DNA of 29,055 nucleotides from a virus (Duplodnaviria; Heunggongvirae; Uroviricota; Caudoviricetes): IMG/VR virus record IMGVR_UViG_2565956610_000009, positions 1 to 29,055 of that record; one strand, 5' to 3'. Shown piece by piece: positions 24,633 to 29,055 of this stretch (position 1 is its first letter; each line of letters starts with the position of its first letter). The notes under the pieces were generated by a model. It saw only the letters and a program-made list of their open reading frames with translations, ran no database searches and was not told where the DNA came from. The position numbers and the translations under genes were made by a program.

Positions 24633-26849
24633 ATGACCATTTTTAACGGCTTGTTAGAAGCGAAAAAAGGCGCGCTCAAAAACGGCGCGATCCCGGCGCT
24701 GGCCATCGCCATCGCCGCCCCTAACAAAAAAGTTGCCGAGAACATCATCATCGGCAAATTGTGGGAAGCCTACCCTGACCACGGCGACAACTATTTCAAA
24801 CCTAAAATCTGGGAAGATGCCCCGGGCCAACCGCGCCCAGGCGTCGGTGAGTTTGATGAGACGTTTGCCACAGAACACAGTTTTGATGGCGAAAAATGGG
24901 TAGTTAACACTCCTGTTGATTCAGATTGCAGTTCAGCAGATATCTCACAGGTTAGCGACCTGATGAAACTGCCGGCTCGTGAACGATTCGCCGCCGTTCT
25001 GCTGTTCAGCCACGACGCCAACGAAGTCGACAGTGAATTGCTTGTGCAGACGCGTGAATACCTGGAGATGCTCGATAACAGTGATACTGACAGTGAGGAT
25101 GAGGTTGACGCGTTTAACCGCATCGTTCTTGATGCCATGGTGGCGTGTAAGCCCATCGAGTACATGCATATTGCTGGATTGAATAATCTGGTACATGCAA
25201 TTTTGGCAAGTTGCGATACCCAGGAACAAAACCCGACCAGTTGGACTATCTCCAAATTTATAAAAAAATGGGTAGAGAATCCCGGTAAACGAGATGAAAT
25301 GCTGCCGGAGGTAAAACCAGAAACAGCATCCGCACGTCCTTACAAACAGACTCACGCCACTCTGGATCGTGAAATTGCCTGCGCCCTGTTACCTGTTGCC
25401 CCGGAAAAAATCACCCCCAGCATCCTGAAAGCGGCAGACGAAATAATCAGTCAGGACAGGGAAGATTTTAAACGCTGGTCAATGGCCTTGCGCACAACGG
25501 ATCAGATCCTTGCCTATGACCGCGCATCAGTATTCGGTGTTATTCAGAGCGCCCCCGCAAAAGACACGTACCACTTCCCACAATCCCTGCGCAGTCACAT
25601 CGACAACTGGCTGCAAGCTAACGGGCAGCGTGATGCAAATGCTGTTGAAGAGAAGCCAAAGGAAGCAGCACCCAAGGATGATGTAAAAGTCACCAACCAC
25701 GGCGGCGGACGATTCTCAATTGATGGGATGATGTCAGAAACACCCTCAAATCAGGGCGAAAAAAGCGAAGCTGCAAATGCTGGAGAACGTAGTTTGCAGC
25801 AGTTGCGTGAGCAGTTTGTCACGCCTCGCCATGTGTATGACGTACCTGAAAATAACGCCGTATCACAGAGGGAACCTGCAGCTATTACCCTGGCAGAAGA
25901 GACTCCTCCACAAGAACAACTTAGCGAGCAGGTAAAGGATCTGGTGCAGAACGTTGACGCGCTGGTTGAGCGGATCCATGCCGAAGAGCACAAGCGGCAG
26001 AATGCAATCTCAGCTATCGAAACGGAGTTAAAGGACTCAGATGACACGGATAACCTGGCATTGTGGAAGAACGTATTCAAAACCGATGAGCGCTTCACCA
26101 GTGCTTTCTCTCAGAATGGCGGCGGCACATCCATCAACGGCACTTATATAGCGATGAAAGCGACTCGCGAATTTGGGCCATTTGGTATTGGCTGGGGGGT
26201 AGAGGTGCTGGAGGAGCGCTTTGATAAAGGCGCACCAATAGTTCGCAAAAAACAGGTTGGTGAAAAAATAGAATGGGATCTGATTCAAGACGGTGTTGGC
26301 GGGTACCTATGTGAAATGCACCACACCATGAAAGTGAGAGTCTGGTACATATTGAATGGGGTACGCGGTGAGTCCGAGGCTTACGGATGCACACCTTATA
26401 TCTACGACACTAAATACGGACCAACAAGCGACGGCGAAGCACCGAAGAAATCCTGGACGGATGCTGTTAAGAAAGCGCTATCCCCTCTCGGATTCAGCGC
26501 CGATATTTTCATGGGCCTGTACGACAATCCGGAATACCGCCAGAGGAATAAAGCTGAGTTTGATATCAAGAATGCCAGCGAGAATGCGGAAGATGCTACC
26601 CGTCTGCGTAAGGAACTGGATGAGAAGCTTATCAACGTTGCCAATACGCTGGCCGCCGCGGTAACCGCCAACGAAGTAAACAAGGTATTTGGCCTCATCG
26701 CCCGCGAAGTGGATGTACACAGGAAAGCAGCGGAAACCAAAGGCGATAAAGAATATTCATCGTATCTGGGATCACGTCTGCGCCGTATCACCGACATTAA
26801 AACTGAACGCCTCGCCGCCCTTACCGCTGCACAGGAGCAAACAGCATGA
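24633..26849 (+). CDS. Large protein (738 aa) with C-terminal Rad52/Sak-like single-strand annealing domain
   Basis: C-terminal third resembles Rad52-family SSAPs (GTYIAMKATREFGPFGIGWG and KKSWTDAVKKALSPLGFSADIF); N-terminal about 450 aa not recognised; start preceded by GAGGAAAGACCA. Confidence 0.65.
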   Translation: MTIFNGLLEAKKGALKNGAIPALAIAIAAPNKKVAENIIIGKLWEAYPDHGDNYFKPKIWEDAPGQPRPGVGEFDETFATEHSFDGEKWVVNTPVDSDCSSADISQVSDLMKLPARERFAAVLLFSHDANEVDSELLVQTREYLEMLDNSDTDSEDEVDAFNRIVLDAMVACKPIEYMHIAGLNNLVHAILASCDTQEQNPTSWTISKFIKKWVENPGKRDEMLPEVKPETASARPYKQTHATLDREIACALLPVAPEKITPSILKAADEIISQDREDFKRWSMALRTTDQILAYDRASVFGVIQSAPAKDTYHFPQSLRSHIDNWLQANGQRDANAVEEKPKEAAPKDDVKVTNHGGGRFSIDGMMSETPSNQGEKSEAANAGERSLQQLREQFVTPRHVYDVPENNAVSQREPAAITLAEETPPQEQLSEQVKDLVQNVDALVERIHAEEHKRQNAISAIETELKDSDDTDNLALWKNVFKTDERFTSAFSQNGGGTSINGTYIAMKATREFGPFGIGWGVEVLEERFDKGAPIVRKKQVGEKIEWDLIQDGVGGYLCEMHHTMKVRVWYILNGVRGESEAYGCTPYIYDTKYGPTSDGEAPKKSWTDAVKKALSPLGFSADIFMGLYDNPEYRQRNKAEFDIKNASENAEDATRLRKELDEKLINVANTLAAAVTANEVNKVFGLIAREVDVHRKAAETKGDKEYSSYLGSRLRRITDIKTERLAALTAAQEQTA

Positions 26850-27415
26850 GCACTGCTATCGCTATTGCAAAAGAATATGCCAGTCTGATTGACCTGTTAG
26901 AAACCGCCGATGAACTGACGCCAGAGATGATCGCCGACACGCTTGAAGGCATGGAAGGAGAACTGGGAGACAAACTGGACGCCATGATGGTCATCTGCCG
27001 TAATTTACAGGGCAATGCCAATACCTGCGCTGAAGAAATGTCTCGCCTGGCAACCCGTAAGACGTCCTTTGAAGGCAAGGAAAAAGCAATTCGAAAGCAT
27101 ATGCTCACCTGCCTGCAAGCTGCTGGCCTGGATAAACTGAAAACCGCAAAAAACACATTTACTGATGCACAGGGGGCTATCCGGGTAATTATCGATAGCA
27201 AAGATAAGATCCCGGATGAGTATGAGGGCGTGTCACTTGTTGATGTAGAAACGGTTATTACACCAAACAAGCGAGCCATTAAAGAAGTGATTGAATCTGC
27301 GGAGGCGGTTGCCGCCGAAATACTGGCGCGTGGAGAAACACCACCAGCCGAGTTATTAAACCCGGTACCAGGCGCACATCTGGAACGCGGCGAACGGTCA
27401 CTGAGGATACGCTAA
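26846..27415 (+). CDS. Siphovirus Gp157-like protein
   Basis: 189-aa ORF after the SSAP gene; N-terminal ELTPEMIADTLEGMEGELGDKLD and C-terminal PGAHLERGERSLRIR fit my recollection of the Gp157 family. Confidence 0.5.
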   Translation: MSTAIAIAKEYASLIDLLETADELTPEMIADTLEGMEGELGDKLDAMMVICRNLQGNANTCAEEMSRLATRKTSFEGKEKAIRKHMLTCLQAAGLDKLKTAKNTFTDAQGAIRVIIDSKDKIPDEYEGVSLVDVETVITPNKRAIKEVIESAEAVAAEILARGETPPAELLNPVPGAHLERGERSLRIR

Positions 27416-27597
27416 TGCTTAAACTCACATTAAAGCGTGGTGACGCGGTTCACCTGGTACTTGCCGATGGTACCAATGGCATTATTGAAGCACGGAGCCG
27501 CTGCGAACTTGGGCTACACCTGCCAGAAAACATTAAGGTCACTCGGGAGAAATCGGCATTCACCCCACAAGAACTGATTACGCCTAATCAGAAATAA
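27415..27597 (+). CDS. CsrA-like small protein (60 aa)
   Basis: Ungapped alignment with E. coli CsrA (61 aa) gives identities at M1, L2, L4, T5, G9, G33, P37, V42, R44, E45, including the VxREE RNA-binding segment; strong SD GAGGA; ATGA overlap with upstream gene. Confidence 0.5.
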   Translation: MLKLTLKRGDAVHLVLADGTNGIIEARSRCELGLHLPENIKVTREKSAFTPQELITPNQK

Positions 27598-27646
27598 AAA
27601 CTCACCATCGCTAGCATTGCGATTCACCAGACACCGGAGGATCACA

Positions 27647-27871
27647 ATGCTGCGATGGCAACCGGGAGCAACTCTGCTCTCCGCATTTGATATCAAAATT
27701 GGTCGACTGTCGGCCAGCGTCAGGAAACAGACTTTGACCGAGTCTGATATTGCCCGTGCCTGCCAGAAGGCAGATGACGCAATAAGCTACATAATGAGGA
27801 AAGACCATGAAAAGCGATCACGACATAATCACCAGAGAAGAAATGGTCGAGCTGACGGGAAGCCCACTTAA
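27647..27871 (+). CDS. Hypothetical small protein (74 aa)
   Basis: ATG with GGAGG SD; C-terminal part overlaps the excisionase-like gene in another frame, so the true end is uncertain. Confidence 0.35.
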   Translation: MLRWQPGATLLSAFDIKIGRLSASVRKQTLTESDIARACQKADDAISYIMRKDHEKRSRHNHQRRNGRADGKPT

Positions 27872-28070
27872 ATCAAAGCAATGTGAGGCTCTTCGCCGGG
27901 CTGGAATTTTCTTCATGGAAAGGGCTGACGGACACCCAAAAACAACCTGGGGCCATTTCATGAACCCAATAAAATTTCGCAATTTACAGGAGGTGACGAC
28001 GCGAAAAGATGATGAACCTGATTTTGGAGCAATATTTAATGGCCGGAAAGAGAAAGAACCCAGCAGATAA
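27807..28070 (+). CDS. Excisionase-like protein
   Basis: 87-aa ORF immediately upstream of and overlapping the integrase, as xis does in lambda; start preceded by GAGGAAAGACC; sequence pattern loosely resembles lambda Xis. Confidence 0.45.
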   Translation: MKSDHDIITREEMVELTGSPLKSKQCEALRRAGIFFMERADGHPKTTWGHFMNPIKFRNLQEVTTRKDDEPDFGAIFNGRKEKEPSR

Positions 28071-29055
28071 CTGGATGCCGCCTCGTGTTTACCAGGGCAA
28101 AGCGGCCTACGAATTCAGGAATAAAGATAACAAAGCGATACGCCTGTGCGCATTGGATGCACCACGATCAGCCGTATGGCTGGCATATGAAAAAGCGGTC
28201 GGTGACGAAAAAGAAAGAAATACTTTTCAGGCGCTCACGGAACAATTCATGACCTCCCCTGATTTTATGGATTTGGCAGTCGAAACCCGGAAAGACTACA
28301 CAAAATATTCCGGAAAAGTTCTGCCTGTCTTCGGGAAGATCGACCCGGATAAAATCAAACCTGAACATATTCGGCGCTATATGGATCAACGCGGTTTATC
28401 AAGCCGAACTCAGGCAAACAGGGAAAAAAGCTTTATGTCCCGGGTATTCCGTTGGGGTTATGAACGAGGTTATGTTCAGAGGAATCCTTGTCAGGGAGTT
28501 AAACAGTTTAAAGAGAAAGCTCGCGAACGTTATATTACGGATGAAGAATATCAGGCCGTTTATGAAGTGTCTCCTGATGTTGTTCGCGTAGCAATGGAGA
28601 TTGCCTACTTATGCGTGGCCAGACAGAGTGATGTACTTTCATTGCAGAAAGACCAGCTGTTCGATTCCGGGATCTACATTCGTCAGGGAAAAACCGGCGT
28701 TAAGCAAATCAAAGCCTGGTCGCCTCGTCTGCAGAAAGCGATAGCTCTGGCTCGTTCTCTGCCATTAAAAACGGGAATCAGTAGCCTGTTTGTGATTCAT
28801 CAAACTACCGGTGGCAAGTATACCCGTGATGGTTTTAACTCTCGTTGGCGTGATGTCAAAGCGGCAGCACAGGAAAAATATCCTCATCTGCAAATAGACT
28901 TCACATTTCATGATCTGAAAGCAAAAGGTATCTCTGATCTGGAAGGCAGCCTGGAAGAGAAGCAAGCAATTTCCGGGCATAAGAACCCGCGACAGACAGC
29001 AGCATATGACCGGAAAGTTAAAGTAGTGCCCGTAGTTGGTGGCCAGAGAAAATGA
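28039..29055 (+). CDS. int: Tyrosine integrase, lambda Int family
   Basis: C-terminal catalytic region with FHDLKAKG, GHKNPRQTAAYDR (catalytic Tyr context) and the R...HxxR pattern; probable start ATG 28039 (SD GGAG) although the track ORF opens at 28009; stop at 29053-29055 is the window end. Confidence 0.9.
   Translation: MAGKRKNPADNWMPPRVYQGKAAYEFRNKDNKAIRLCALDAPRSAVWLAYEKAVGDEKERNTFQALTEQFMTSPDFMDLAVETRKDYTKYSGKVLPVFGKIDPDKIKPEHIRRYMDQRGLSSRTQANREKSFMSRVFRWGYERGYVQRNPCQGVKQFKEKARERYITDEEYQAVYEVSPDVVRVAMEIAYLCVARQSDVLSLQKDQLFDSGIYIRQGKTGVKQIKAWSPRLQKAIALARSLPLKTGISSLFVIHQTTGGKYTRDGFNSRWRDVKAAAQEKYPHLQIDFTFHDLKAKGISDLEGSLEEKQAISGHKNPRQTAAYDRKVKVVPVVGGQRK

Noticed and set aside
1-29055. CRISPR arrays, insertion sequences, rRNA genes
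   Set aside because: No regularly spaced short repeats, no transposase-like ORFs with terminal inverted repeats, and no rRNA-like sequence seen by eye; the only repeats found are the 72-bp pair and short operator-like motifs.

Overview
The window is almost entirely a lambdoid prophage, apparently defective, with its late genes on the minus strand; its left limit is near 1.0-1.2 kb, the region to the left of that is of uncertain origin, and all calls rest on reading the sequence and the ORF track by eye, with no searches run. Right to left: integrase and excisionase-like gene (27.8-29.1 kb), an early-left operon with a Rad52-like annealing protein, a Gp157-like protein and a CsrA-like small protein, a Rac-type immunity switch (repressor without autoprotease domain, Cro-like, YdaT-like), O-like initiator and DnaB helicase, small early genes, an ORF6N antirepressor, then an accessory region (about 10.7-16.9 kb), then YbcN/YbcO-like genes, a Q-like gene, a lysis cassette, a cos-like region, terminase Nu1/A, W, portal B and protease C. 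The structural module stops after C at 1226 with no capsid or tail genes. The best candidates for an undescribed system are in the accessory region: an ImmA/IrrE-type metallopeptidase plus membrane protein operon, and a visibly AT-rich 3.3 kb cargo segment bracketed by 72-bp direct repeats that carries an orphan membrane protein and a lipoprotein. A near-consensus LexA box drives a small gene in the same region.
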